A model generated the notes under the pieces. That model did not search any database, was not told the DNA's origin, and saw nothing but the letters and a program-made list of their open reading frames with translations. Shown here piece by piece: positions 27,514 through 38,979 of a DNA stretch of 64,000 nt. The position numbers were made by a program, and so were the translations under genes. This stretch comes from Candidatus Hydrogenedentota bacterium (GTDB lineage Bacteria; Hydrogenedentota; Hydrogenedentia; Hydrogenedentales; SLHB01). The stretch lies in the NCBI GenBank assembly GCA_963668025.2, contig CAXXTH010000019.1, positions 181,734 through 245,733 on the forward strand, given 5' to 3'. Within the stretch, counting starts at the first letter, position 1. Every line of letters begins with the position of its first letter.

Positions 27514-30472
27514 TTAAGGTTCCTGATGCTCCCTGGGAGTGGCCAAATGTGCAATGGCCTTAGTGTAGCCGAACGCGACGGCCAGAAGCACGCCTCCGAG
27601 CACGGCAAACGCGCCCACTCGAGGGAAAGCGTCGAGCTGGCGCGTATCGATGAACACGACGCGCACAATGGCCAGGGCGAAGACGCCCAATCCCGCGTAG
27701 CGGTAGAAGCGCTGCCGGAACGCGAACGATACAGCGAATAAGGCCGCTGCCAGGCCCGTCCAGCATATGGTGAGGTAGTAGTCACGGAGCGCGGGTATCC
27801 GGCTGCATAAAATGGCCAGCAGCAGGGACGCCAGCGCCACGGCGCTCCCGGATGCGGCGAGGGTTTTACGGCCTGCTTTTTTCGAGAACGCCAGCAGGCG
27901 CTCGATGGCTATCCAGAACGCCGCCGCCAAACCCAGGGCGGTGATCACGGCGTGTGCATACAGTTCGGTGGGCGGAATGAGCGGCAACGCAAGCAGGAAG
28001 GCCGTCAGGGGAATGGCCGCCAGCAGCGAAAGCAGGAACGCGAACGGCGTCCGTAAAGCCGCGCCATACGCCAAATACAATAAGGGAACCGCCAAGAGAT
28101 ACGCCGGCATCCAATCCCAGTCTGGGGCGAGGTAGCCGCCATACCGGAGCGCAACACACCAGGAAGCCAGCAATACAAGCCCGCCAGGCCCATTGGCGTG
28201 GTGTTTGCTCTTGAAAAACCCAAAATACCAGCCGCCCGCCAAGCCCGCCGCCACGAAGGCCATGATCAGGCGGTTGTACCACATGCCAGCGGGCAGGAAC
28301 GCCGCAGGCAATCCCGTTGGTTCGATGCTCAAACAACAATTGGCGGCAACGGCATATAGGCCCGCCGCCGACCATGCCAGCGCGGCTGGGTGCAGCACAT
28401 GCATCAGCCCGGCCAAGGCCAATGCGGTGAGCGACATCAACACCACGTCGTCCATGGCCTCGAAATGTTCAAGCCAATAGAGCGCCGTGAGCCACGCGGC
28501 GGCCCCATACAGCAAGTAAGGCGCAAGAGGGGCTTGGTGAAACGCCAGGCCTTCCCGTTTTTTCACGTATTGCTGTTCACTCGCCAAGGCCGTGAGCGCC
28601 AGCGCCGCCAAGCCGCATGCGCCCAGCCATGCGGGTGCGGAGGATTGCCCGGCGCTTGCGCCGAGTGTGCCGCCCAGGAGCGACGCCGCCCCGCACGCCA
28701 GGGCCATCAGGCCCATGGGCTTCGACCGCAGCACCCATGCGCATGCCGTAAGCGCGAGAGCGCTCAAGGCCGCTGACGGGGGAACGGAAGGCGTATCGAT
28801 GAATCGATGTAAATACACCATCAGGAGCAACGTTCCTGCGAACGCATACCCATACGGGAACAGCAGCCCGTCAAACGGTTTTCGGCTGCGGCCTTCCGGC
28901 GCTTCGGTTACCAGGTCGAGATTCCACAACAGGGCGTTCAAGGCTATTCCAAACGGCAATGTCTGTGTGGAGCGTGTGCGCCAATCCGTGCGCTGGTAGA
29001 AAATAGACGCGATATAAAACACCGCCACGGACACCGCCCCCGCCGCGAGGGCGTGTCCGAATCCCGCATCCGCATAAGCGAGCACGCCTTCGACACAAGC
29101 CGCATACAGCCCATGGAACAACGCCACGATGGCCATAACGAAGGCCAGCACGCGGGTCGAGGCGAATCCGGATTGGCGTGAGGCGTACAGCAACGCCACC
29201 ATCTCGATGGCGAGCCAGGCCGTGAGCATATCGCCGCTGAACCATGCCGCCAGCCCAAGGGCCACGGCGGCGGCTCCCTTCGCGGCATAGACATTATGGA
29301 GGGGATCCCGTTCGCGCAGCCAGGCGTAACCGGCGGCGAATCCAATGAGCGCGGCCCCGAGCGCCAGGCGGAACACATGCTGATACGGCTCGGTGAACGG
29401 AAAATCCGCCACGAGCAGCGTGCCCAATGCGAAATAGCCCGCCGTGTTCGCAGTCACGAATAGCGAGCGGAACCATAACGGCGCGGCGCGCCGGAACGGC
29501 TGCGGGGAAAGGATTTCCGCCCCGGCGAAGAGGACATAAAACAGCGTGAGGACGCCCATGGCCGCCCAGAAATCCAGCGACGTCCCGGGCGTGGGGTTTT
29601 TCACGAGCCAGATGAAGTAGTTGAGATAATTGCCCGCGCTCCCGATAAACGCCACGGCGTACCAATGGTTGCGCCATAGGAAAAAGGCGCTTCCCACGCA
29701 TAAGACCACCAAGCCCGCCACGGCGAACCGGCTGGGCATTTCGAGTGTCAGCGTCGAGAGCAGCACCGTCAGATGGCCAAGCACGGTCACGAACATCGCC
29801 ATCAGCCGGGACTGCCGCCATTGAGCCACCCCGGCCCATGCCGCCACGACAGCGGCCAGCAACAGCAGCGTGGGGGCGGGATTCGTGAAGATGCGTGTGA
29901 AAGGGATGTAGTGGGTGGCGAAGGTGACGAAATAGGCGGAGGCGAATCCGCCGCTATACAGTACGCGCGCATACGCCGGGTAGCGCTTTTCCAGCCAGCG
30001 GCCCAGCCCCAGCAATCCCGCGCACAGGGCGTAACCCGATCCCACGCGCAGCGGCGGCGTAAAAAAAACCGCCCCAATGCTGAACGGCGAACGTGAAGAA
30101 AAACGCCAGCGCCGCCAGCAGCAACAGCATGCCGATCCGGGGCAGCCAGACCGTTCCCACGAGGATCTCCCAGCTCAATCCCGAGTCCAGTCCCGCCCAA
30201 TGGCGCAGCCGCCCCGCTGCCTGCTCGAATGCCCCAGGCCCGGCAGGCGCTTTGCGCGCCGCGATGGGGGTACGGGGCGGCATGGGAGGCAGCGGCGGGG
30301 GCGCGGGTGCGGGCGGCACATACGCATCGAAGGCGAAAGGCGTTTGCGCCGGTTCCGGCTTGGCGGCCGCATCCTGCTCCAAGCGGCATAAACGCTGGTC
30401 AATGCGCCGGGCCTGTGCGAACACTTCGGCCAGCATCGCCCGGAGTTCATGCAGTTCATCATCATGCGCCAT
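27514..30472 (-). CDS. DUF2339-like polytopic membrane protein, split by a +1 frameshift in a T8 run (30061-30068)
   Basis: SWEILVGTVWLPRIG motif; deleting one T gives GFFTPPLRVGSGY, joining ORFs 29954..30505 and 27514..30045; C-terminal KV/RV-F-D pattern (RVVFIDT..LD). Confidence 0.8.
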
Positions 30473-31084
30473 GGCCCGCCTCCTATATGCTAAGTGAACA
30501 TGCAACAGGGAAATTATACACCGGCATATAGTTCATATGCAAACAGTTTTTTGGTGAACAATATGGCTGCTGGAAAAGAATGTGTTTTTACAACAAACCA
30601 GCCCATTGGCTTATTTTCCATTCGTATGGAAAACAACTGGATCGTAACGATTGTATAAGGAAAGCCTCGATTCAATAAATGTGCTTTTTTTCTTGAGCCG
30701 ATGAAGCAAGGGCTTGCCTTTTCACCAGATGCGCGCCGCAGGAAAAGCTTATACGATATCAGTATTTAGCACAGTCATACGGATTCGGATAGGCAAAAAG
30801 GCCCACAATGGCCTCATGTTAGAAATAATACTATTGCCTACAATAATCACTATGTACTTTTTACGCACTTTGTGTTATTTTGTTATTGAGGGAAGGCGGC
30901 CCACATGTCGGCCCGGTACGTGTTTGGGCGCATCACATGGAAATGCGGATGCCATAGCGCCTCAGGCAGAAAGGGTGTCACATTGTCGAAGGAGAACAAA
31001 GCGGGATTCGTGTGTATCTGGCTTCGCGGAGGGTCAACGGCCGGGAACGGCTAAAGCATTGGTCACGAAAGGAGTGAACATCCC

Positions 31085-32141
31085 ATGAAAACTTCAAGAC
31101 AAGGCATAGTTATTTTCTGTTGTATGACACTTCTTCTCTTGGCGGGATGCCAGACTTTACAAAGGGCGGATAGGTTGAGTGTTACGCCAGTTGTGCCAAA
31201 AGAAAATGAACAAATAGTCCGGGACCAGTTGATTATTCTCGTAGATGAAACGGGCTCCATCGGTTCCACCAGTATATTCGAAAACGAAAAAATACTGGTG
31301 CAAGCATTCACGGAAGCCATGCCAGACGGCCAATACGAGTCTGGTATCGATTCGTTCGCAGGAGTGAAAAAATGCCAATGGCTCAGGCAGCCCTTAGCGC
31401 CGTTCAGCCGGGATGCAATGGTTGATGGGGCATCCAGCCTGAAGCCGCTGGGTTCGCTGACGCCATTAGCGCGGGCTATTCGCAGCCAAGAGGTGGAATT
31501 TAAGACTCGAGAGGGGCGCGCCGCGCTGCTGGTCTACTCAGATGGCCAGGTACGCGATCCGGAGGATGTCCTTCAAGCCTGCAAGGAACTCAAAGCCGCG
31601 CATAACGGAGAGCTTTGCATCTATACGGTGCAGGTGGGTGATTCCGACAGCGGCACGAAACTGCTGCAAGATATGGCTGCCGTGAATGGCTGTGGCAAGT
31701 TCTATGATGGCGCATCGCTCCATTCCGCCGCCGCGATAGACGCCATGGTCCGGGATATATTCCTCGGTCCTAAAGAGATGCCCAAATGCGTTCCCCCCCG
31801 CAGTAGCCTGGAAGCTCCATATCATTTATTTCGACAATGACAGCGCCGTGGTGCTGCCGAAATACGACGCCGAGCTGGACGAAGCAGCGGCGATCTTGAA
31901 GAATACTCCTTGCATGCGCATCCGCTTGGAAGGGCATACGGACTCCAACGCCTCCACACAATACAACCAGAAACTCTCCGAGAGGCGCGTGGAAGCCGTG
32001 AAAGCGGCCTTCGTGAAACGTGGTACGGATGCATCGCGGTTCGACGCGGGCGCTTTCAGTGAAAACAAGCCCGCCGCGCCAAATGACACCAAGGCCAATA
32101 GGCAATTGAACCGCAGGGTCGAGCTTATCGTGATTAAATAG
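31085..32141 (+). CDS. vWA + OmpA-like peptidoglycan-binding lipoprotein, split by a +1 frameshift in a C7 run (31793-31799)
   Basis: Lipobox LAGC; MIDAS-like DETGS, TPL, SDG; one C fewer gives VPPAVAWKLHIIYFDNDS joining EGHTD...LSERR...NRRVE. Confidence 0.85.
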
Positions 32142-32162
32142 CATTTCTATTTGCGAGCCGTG

Positions 32163-32189
32163 AAAGCGGGGCTTCGGCCCCGCTTTTTT
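32163..32189 (+). terminator. Intrinsic terminator after the OmpA gene
   Basis: aaagcggggc-TTCG-gccccgcttt followed by a T-tract. Confidence 0.9.
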
Positions 32190-32332
32190 GTCATATGCCG
32201 CCTTGCCTGAGCAAACAACACACCAAATACGCCGCAACAAAAATCGACGGAATGAAACTATGCTGGCCGTACAGGAATATATGCATAAGGGGTGAAATGA
32301 TTATGAGGGCCACAACCATACTGGAGTGAAAC

Positions 32333-34318
32333 ATGAGAACTGTTCCCATCATCGGATCATTATTCGTCTTCTGTGCATTGTCTGCCGCTGGCGCGGATGA
32401 GCTGGGGTATCGCGATCTGTATCCGGACACCTGGGTGGCCACGGACGCACTCGGCAGAACCATGCCGGATGATGCAGCCGCAGGGCCAGTCAAAAGTGAC
32501 CAACGCCGCGTGGTGGGCATCTTCTACATCACCTGGCATAAGCAAACGAGCAAAACGCCCTATTCCGCTGATGTCACGAAAATTCTGGCGGCAGATCCCA
32601 ATGCCCGCCTGGACGCCAAGCATCCCTTATGGACGGATAGCAATTATCATTGGGGCGAACCCGAGGCCGGGTATTTTTTAAGCACGGACGAGTATGTGAT
32701 CCGCAAAGACATGTCCATGCTCGCCGACGCGGGCGTCGATGTGCTCGTGATGGACGTGACGAATGCCGTTCTGTACTGGGATGAATGGGAGGTCACATTC
32801 ACCACCATGCTGAAGATGAAAGCCGAAGGCAATAAAGTGCCGCAATTCTGTTTCTGGGCGTTCAATGGCCCCGTGATCACCGTCGTCCAAAACCTGTTTG
32901 ACCGGATTTACAAAGAAGAGAAGTATAAAGACCTTTGGTTCTACTGGGACGGCAAGCCCCTTCTACTCTATAACAATACACCATCGGTGGATGCGAACGG
33001 CAAAGGAATGAAGCACCCCAATCCCCATTATGACCCTGCAGCCAAGATTGATGCGGGCAATCCACATTATCAAGATCCGTACTATGCGGAAGAGTTCTAT
33101 GCGGACTACACGGATGAAGTGAAGAACTTCTTCACGCTACGGAATATGTGGTGGGGATACTACAAGTGGAACGACAGCCGATTCGTCGGCACGGAAGACA
33201 ACTGGAGCTTTGGTTATGAGCTTGGTGATAAACGCGTGCGGGAAATGAATCCGAATGATTTGGTCTCGACACATAATGGCGTTCGGGAAGAAGCGGCGGT
33301 CACGCCAGCCCAGCATCCAAACAGCCTCACCGGAAAATCGTGGTCCAGAAAGACGCTCGAACCGGAACTCAACGAATACGATCTACCCGTACCCACGTAT
33401 GTGCCATGGCTCGATAAGGTCGTCGAGCATCCAGAGGGCTACGGCATCTACTTCCAGGAACGCTGGGACGAGGCCCTCGCCGCTAATCCACAGTTTGTCT
33501 ATATCAACGACTGGAACGAGTGGAGCGCCGGTAAATACCAACCCGGCGAAGGCAAGACTACGAAGTTCATGCGGCGCGAAAGCACCTATTTCTTTGTTGA
33601 TCAATACAACTCGGAATTCAACCGCTGCATCCACCCCATGAAAGATGGGTATACCGACAATTATTATATGCAAATGGCCCAGAATATTCGGAAATACAAG
33701 GGCATCCGGCCTATTCCCGAATTGAAGGGAGTCGCCAAGATTCGTATAGATGGCGAGTTCGCGGACTGGGCTGGCGTTGATGTGGAATACCGGGACACGA
33801 CAGGCGACACGGCTTGGCGCGATCATGATGGATACGGCACGGAGCATTACATCAACAAATCCGGACGTAATGACATTGTCACCTGTAAAGCCGCCCTCGA
33901 TGCGAAGAACGTGTATTTCTATGCGGAGACAGCAGCCCCGCTCACGCCCTCGACGGATCCCAATTGGATGCTGCTCCTTATTGATGCGGATAAGAATCCC
34001 GGCACGGGCTGGAATGGATATGATTACCTCGTCAACCAGAAAATCGTGGATGAAAACACCACTACGCTCATGCGGTATGACGCCAGTTCGCCGGACTCCC
34101 CTTGGGTGGAGGTGAAGAAACTGCCGTATCAGTGTGCAGGCAAAGCCGTCGAGCTGAAGATACCCCGAAAGCTCCTCGGCCTCAGCAGCGGCGCGGTGTC
34201 CTTTGATTTTCACTGGGCGGATAATCCCGCCGATCTCAAGGATCCCATCTCGTTCTGCATCAACGGCGACAGCGCCCCAAACCGGCGCTTCAATTATCGA
34301 TGTATCTGGAATAAATAG
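32333..34318 (+). CDS. Secreted GH71/99-like glycoside hydrolase candidate with C-terminal beta-sandwich
   Basis: Signal peptide; WVATDALGR, VGIFY.TWH, HWGEP..GY, L.DAGVD, WNEW; paralog at 53987. Confidence 0.6.
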   Translation: MRTVPIIGSLFVFCALSAAGADELGYRDLYPDTWVATDALGRTMPDDAAAGPVKSDQRRVVGIFYITWHKQTSKTPYSADVTKILAADPNARLDAKHPLWTDSNYHWGEPEAGYFLSTDEYVIRKDMSMLADAGVDVLVMDVTNAVLYWDEWEVTFTTMLKMKAEGNKVPQFCFWAFNGPVITVVQNLFDRIYKEEKYKDLWFYWDGKPLLLYNNTPSVDANGKGMKHPNPHYDPAAKIDAGNPHYQDPYYAEEFYADYTDEVKNFFTLRNMWWGYYKWNDSRFVGTEDNWSFGYELGDKRVREMNPNDLVSTHNGVREEAAVTPAQHPNSLTGKSWSRKTLEPELNEYDLPVPTYVPWLDKVVEHPEGYGIYFQERWDEALAANPQFVYINDWNEWSAGKYQPGEGKTTKFMRRESTYFFVDQYNSEFNRCIHPMKDGYTDNYYMQMAQNIRKYKGIRPIPELKGVAKIRIDGEFADWAGVDVEYRDTTGDTAWRDHDGYGTEHYINKSGRNDIVTCKAALDAKNVYFYAETAAPLTPSTDPNWMLLLIDADKNPGTGWNGYDYLVNQKIVDENTTTLMRYDASSPDSPWVEVKKLPYQCAGKAVELKIPRKLLGLSSGAVSFDFHWADNPADLKDPISFCINGDSAPNRRFNYRCIWNK

Positions 34319-34329
34319 CTGGATTTTTA

Positions 34330-34385
34330 GACCACTAAATACACTAAATACACTAAAATCTGTAGGGTGGGGCTTGCCCCACCGT
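34330..34385 (+). repeat. Composite ACCACTAAATACACTAAA + GTAG-REP repeat
   Basis: gaccactaaatacactaaatacactaaaatctgtagggtggggcttgccccaccgt. Confidence 0.8.
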
Positions 34386-34486
34386 GGAAAAAGACCAGCG
34401 AGGGCGCCGGTCCCACACATTGTGATAAAACATGCACGTTATTTTTAGTGAGGCCCGTTTGGGGTGGCATGATCAGGAGAAGCAGA

Positions 34487-36004
34487 ATGAAATGGAGAAT
34501 CCTTTTTCTAGCAGCATGCATCACATTTGCAGGCCTATCCGCGCATGCCGCAACCGCAAAGGGCGTCGTCTTTCATGACGCCAACGGCAACCAAGTGCGC
34601 GACGCCGGTGAAGCAGGCATCCCGGATGTCCTCGTCAGCAACGGCGAAAAAGTCGTCAAGACCAACGCGGAAGGCAAATACCGGCTGCCCGTCGGAAATG
34701 ACACGATCCTGTTCGTATGCAAGCCCGAAGGATGGATGACGCCTGTGGACGAGAATAACGTTCCACGGTTCTATTACATCCACAAGCCTAAAGGTTCGCC
34801 AGACCTGAAATACAAGGGAGTCGCTCCCACGGGTCCGCTTCCCAAGTCCGTGGATTTTCCCCTAACGCCCCATCCAGAGCCAGAGCAGTTCACGGCCTTG
34901 TTCTTTGGCGATACACAAGTGAAGAATCAGACCGAGGTGGACTACACCTCCCATGACATGCTGGAGGAACTCGTGGGCGTGAATGCGGCCTTCGGCGTCA
35001 CACTCGGAGATATCGTTGATGAAGATTTATCCGTGATGGAAGGCATGCGCGACGCCATGGGCCAGATAGGCGTGCCATGGTATTACGTGATAGGAAATCA
35101 CGATGAGAATTTCGATGTCTCGAATGACGCTCTTAGTGATGAAACCTTCGAGCGCCTGTTTGGACCGGCGAATTACGCCTTTCAATACGGAAAAGTCCAT
35201 TTCATTGCCCTAGACAATATTGTGTGGACAGGGAAGGATTATCATGGCGGTTTCAATGGGCAGCAGCTCGCGTTCGTTCAAAACTACTTGGCATATGTGC
35301 CCAAAAACGAACGCATCGTCATGATGATGCATATACCCTTATCGGACGTGCCGGATGCGCCGAAGTTGCTCGCGTTGCTCGATGGACGGCCTTCTTTTAC
35401 CGCCTCCGCCCATGCGCATCTCCAATTGCATCTGTTTCTAGGCGAAGAGCCTAACGCCCATCATCTATGGGTCGCGCCTACGGCCTGCGGCATGTGGTGG
35501 AACGGCGCGAAAGACGAGCGCGGCATCCCCCACGCGACCATATGCGATGGAAGCCCGAATGGCTATTCGTTCGTTTCCTTCAACGGCGCGGATTATGCGA
35601 TCCGATTCAAGGCATCGTCACGCCCAGCGGACTATCAGATGAACATATACGCACCGGATACGGTCGAACGCGACAAGCTAGGTGAAACGCCGCTGCTGGC
35701 CAATATATTCGCGGGTTCGAAACGCTCGAAAGTGGAATACCGTTTGGATGGCAAAGGAGATTGGACGCCCATGGAATGGGTGGAAGGTTTAGCGGATCCA
35801 GCTTACGTGCGCATGAAAGAACTCGAACAGAAGATGGATGAATCCATAGGCCATGAGTCATGGGAGCCATTCCCGAATGTGCGGCATATGTGGCGCGCCA
35901 ATCTGCCCGGGAATATCGCATCGGGTACGCACTGCATCGAGGTGCGCACCACGGATATGTTCGGGCAAGTGTTCACGGGATATCGGGTAATGGCGGTCGA
36001 ATGA
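34487..36004 (+). CDS. Secreted calcineurin-like metallophosphoesterase (copy 1)
   Basis: GDTQ, LGDIV, GNHD, MHIP, AHAH; signal peptide; AGGAG before ATG 34487. Confidence 0.9.
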   Translation: MKWRILFLAACITFAGLSAHAATAKGVVFHDANGNQVRDAGEAGIPDVLVSNGEKVVKTNAEGKYRLPVGNDTILFVCKPEGWMTPVDENNVPRFYYIHKPKGSPDLKYKGVAPTGPLPKSVDFPLTPHPEPEQFTALFFGDTQVKNQTEVDYTSHDMLEELVGVNAAFGVTLGDIVDEDLSVMEGMRDAMGQIGVPWYYVIGNHDENFDVSNDALSDETFERLFGPANYAFQYGKVHFIALDNIVWTGKDYHGGFNGQQLAFVQNYLAYVPKNERIVMMMHIPLSDVPDAPKLLALLDGRPSFTASAHAHLQLHLFLGEEPNAHHLWVAPTACGMWWNGAKDERGIPHATICDGSPNGYSFVSFNGADYAIRFKASSRPADYQMNIYAPDTVERDKLGETPLLANIFAGSKRSKVEYRLDGKGDWTPMEWVEGLADPAYVRMKELEQKMDESIGHESWEPFPNVRHMWRANLPGNIASGTHCIEVRTTDMFGQVFTGYRVMAVE

Positions 36005-36103
36005 AGTTTGACTCATGAAAAATCAACCAATCCTGATATAACAGGAACTAATGAGTCACATAACTGGATGTTTAGTTTCGATGATGCAACCGGGAGTAGC
36101 AAA

Positions 36104-37645
36104 ATGAAATGGAGAATCCTTTTTCTAGCAGCATGCATCACATTTGCAGGCCTATCCGCGCATGCCGCAACCGCAAAGGGCGTCGTCTTTCATGACGCCA
36201 ACGGCAACCAAGTGCGCGACGTCGGTGAAGCAGGCATTCCGGATGTCCTCGTCAGTAACGGCGAAAAAGTCGTCAAGACCAACGCGGAAGGCAAATACCG
36301 GCTGCCCATCGGAAATGACACGATCCTGTTCGTATGCAAGCCCGAGGGATGGATGACGCCCGTGGACGAGAATAACGTGCCCCGGTTCTATTACATCCAC
36401 AAACCGAAAGGCTCGCCGGACCTGAAATACAAGGGAGTCGCTCCTACAGGCCCGCTTCCCAAGTCCGTGGATTTTCCGTTGATGCCCCATCCCGAAGCCG
36501 CCCAGTTTAAAACCTTGTTTTTTGGCGATACCCAGACACGAAACCAGGAAGAGATAGACTATACCGCCCACGATATGGTGGAGGAGCTTGTGGGCACGGA
36601 TGCCGCCTTCGGCGTCACGCTCGGAGATACTGTGTTTAATGACTTGTCCGTAGCGGAACCGCTAATCTCCGTCATCGGTAAAATCGGCGTGCCGTGGTAT
36701 CACGTACTGGGAAACCATGATGAAAACTACGATCTCCCAGGCGACATCTACAGCGATGAAACCTTCGAGCGCTTGTATGGACCAGCCAACTATGCATTCC
36801 AATATGGAAAAGTCCACTTCATCGCGCTGGACGATGTGGTGTGGGTCGGGAAAGACAAAGTACATTACGTAGGCGGTTTCAACGAGCAGCAGCTCGCGTT
36901 TGTTAAAAACTACTTATCCCATACTCCGAAAACCGAGCGCGTGGTGCTGCTGATGCATATCCCGCTGACTGAGTTGAAAGACGCCGCTAAACTCATCGAT
37001 TTGCTCGAAGAACGGCCTGCTTTCACCGCCTCCGCTCACTTTCACCAGCAATTGCATGTGTTCATGGGAGAGGGGCCGGACGCCCACCATCTCTGGATCG
37101 CCCCCACAGCGTGCGGCATGTGGTGGAGCGGAGCGAAAGATGAACGCGGCATCCCCCATGCCACGATGGACGATGGCAGCCCGAACGGCTATTCGTTCGT
37201 ATCTTTCAATGGTGTAGATTATGCCATTACATTCAAGGCCGCGTCGCGTCCAGCGGATTATCAGATGAACATTTACGCGCCGGATACCATCGAACGCGCC
37301 AAGCTGGGTGAAACACCGCTGCTGGCCAATGTGTTTGCTGGCTCGAAACGCTCGAAGGTGGAATTCCGTTTGGACGGCAATGAGAATTGGATGCCCATGG
37401 AATGGGCCGAAAATGTCCAGGATCCAGCCTATGTGCGCATGAAAGAACTCGAACCGAAACTGGACGACGCTTTTGGCCTCAAGCTGCCGGAGCCCCTCAA
37501 TGTTTCTCACATGTGGCGCGCCAATCTGCCTGCGGATATCACACCGGGCACGCATTGCATCGAGGTGCGCACCACGGACATGTTCGGCCAAGTATTTACT
37601 GGCTATCGAGTGATAACCGTCGAAGTAGATAAGGATACAAAATAA
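36104..37645 (+). CDS. Secreted calcineurin-like metallophosphoesterase (tandem copy 2)
   Basis: Same motifs; N-terminus nearly identical to copy 1. Confidence 0.9.
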   Translation: MKWRILFLAACITFAGLSAHAATAKGVVFHDANGNQVRDVGEAGIPDVLVSNGEKVVKTNAEGKYRLPIGNDTILFVCKPEGWMTPVDENNVPRFYYIHKPKGSPDLKYKGVAPTGPLPKSVDFPLMPHPEAAQFKTLFFGDTQTRNQEEIDYTAHDMVEELVGTDAAFGVTLGDTVFNDLSVAEPLISVIGKIGVPWYHVLGNHDENYDLPGDIYSDETFERLYGPANYAFQYGKVHFIALDDVVWVGKDKVHYVGGFNEQQLAFVKNYLSHTPKTERVVLLMHIPLTELKDAAKLIDLLEERPAFTASAHFHQQLHVFMGEGPDAHHLWIAPTACGMWWSGAKDERGIPHATMDDGSPNGYSFVSFNGVDYAITFKAASRPADYQMNIYAPDTIERAKLGETPLLANVFAGSKRSKVEFRLDGNENWMPMEWAENVQDPAYVRMKELEPKLDDAFGLKLPEPLNVSHMWRANLPADITPGTHCIEVRTTDMFGQVFTGYRVITVEVDKDTK

Positions 37646-37671
37646 AGCGATAACACCCGATAACCGAAGCC

Positions 37672-37971
37672 TTATTTACTATTCTGGCGGCACTCTTCCA
37701 TTACTCCAGGCGGGATAAGGCGCAAGGCAAGGATGATCAGGGCCGGTATGATGATCACATCATCCAAGTGCCCTATAACAGGCAGAAAATCCGGGATGAG
37801 GTCAAAAGGCAAGAAAAAATAAAAAAGCGCGGCGGCAAGGAGGATTCGTGCGAGCCAAGGGGTGCCGGGGTGCCGTATCACCTTTCGATATACTTGAAGC
37901 TCGCTACGGATCCTTGCCGCTTGTTGCTTCAATACACGTGATATGCCGCGGCATGTGCGCTTGTACATCAT
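37672..37971 (-). CDS. DUF1232 (YkvA) family membrane protein
   Basis: TPWLAR...YFFLPFDLIPDFLPVIGHLDD. Confidence 0.9.
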   Translation of the reverse strand: MMYKRTCRGISRVLKQQAARIRSELQVYRKVIRHPGTPWLARILLAAALFYFFLPFDLIPDFLPVIGHLDDVIIIPALIILALRLIPPGVMEECRQNSK

Positions 37972-37998
37972 GGATGCTGTTTTTCCGCCGGCATGCTT

Positions 37999-38793
37999 TT
38001 ATTCGCCGGGCAACAGAACGGACATGTATTCCTCGTGCAACAGGCCATTACTGGCGATCAGATCACAGGTCGAAGTAAGCGGATATATGGGAGCGCCGTT
38101 CACACGGGTGACGGCGCCTCCCGCTTCTTCCACGATGATAAGCCCCGCCGCCAAATCCCACGGTTTCAACGAGCTGCAGAAATACGCATCTACATCGCCG
38201 CTGGCTATCGAGCACAGGCCGATGACCGCCGCGCAATGGCAGCGTATTTGGCCCGCCTTGTGCATCAAATCATGCGTGGCTCGGACGGTGAATGGGCGCT
38301 GGGCCGGGCCGCTAAAGTCGATCTCGACACGCGCCACATCGAGTTTCGCCACATCGGAAACATGGGTGCGGCGGCCATTGCGGAATGTGCCCTCGCCCCG
38401 CGCGGCAATAAATAAATCGTCCGTGACCGGCATCATGACGCCGCCCGCCTGAATGCGGCCTTCCGCCATGAAGGCAAGCGAAATGCCAAAGGTGGGATAC
38501 ATGCCGCGCACGAAATTCTGCGTGCCGTCGATGGGGTCCATGATCCAGCACCGGCCGGATTGGTCTTTCGGCAACACGCCCAACCCTTCTTCTTCTGCGA
38601 TGAACAGATCGCCCGGAAATGCTGCTGCAATCCGCTCCGCGCCCATGTGTTGCACGGCGAGGTCCACCTCGGTCAATTGATCGTTGGGATTCGATTTCGA
38701 GCCGACTTGCAGGCCGCTACGGTCCGCGTATTTTGACCGCACGAAAACCGCCAGCTCCCGCAAGAGCGTTTCGATGAATGCACTTTCTTTCAT
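37999..38793 (-). CDS. Inositol monophosphatase family protein (SuhB-like)
   Basis: LTEVD, AEEE, DPIDGTQNF, KPWDLAAG..IVEEAGG. Confidence 0.92.
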   Translation of the reverse strand: MKESAFIETLLRELAVFVRSKYADRSGLQVGSKSNPNDQLTEVDLAVQHMGAERIAAAFPGDLFIAEEEGLGVLPKDQSGRCWIMDPIDGTQNFVRGMYPTFGISLAFMAEGRIQAGGVMMPVTDDLFIAARGEGTFRNGRRTHVSDVAKLDVARVEIDFSGPAQRPFTVRATHDLMHKAGQIRCHCAAVIGLCSIASGDVDAYFCSSLKPWDLAAGLIIVEEAGGAVTRVNGAPIYPLTSTCDLIASNGLLHEEYMSVLLPGE

Positions 38794-38979
38794 CGGATAC
38801 CTTTCTATATAAGGTCTATAGGAATGATGCCAAAATCCCGTGGCATGGGCATTCCGCCTATGCACATGGCCGGGACGGCCATGCTACGAAAAATGCCTAT
38901 CTCTTATCTGGCGCTTCGGGTTTATTCAATATGTATTTTTATATGAAAATCTTGTCTAAAGAAGATCTCTTCCTAGCGG

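Noticed and set aside
30506-31084. Long intergenic region as an ncRNA or the 124-aa ORF 30714..31088
   Set aside because: No recognisable RNA family or protein motif; compatible with divergent promoters and a long ompA leader
34487-36480. Duplicated 5' segments as a DGR template/variable repeat pair
   Set aside because: Differences are not adenine-specific, and both copies are starts of full-length genes
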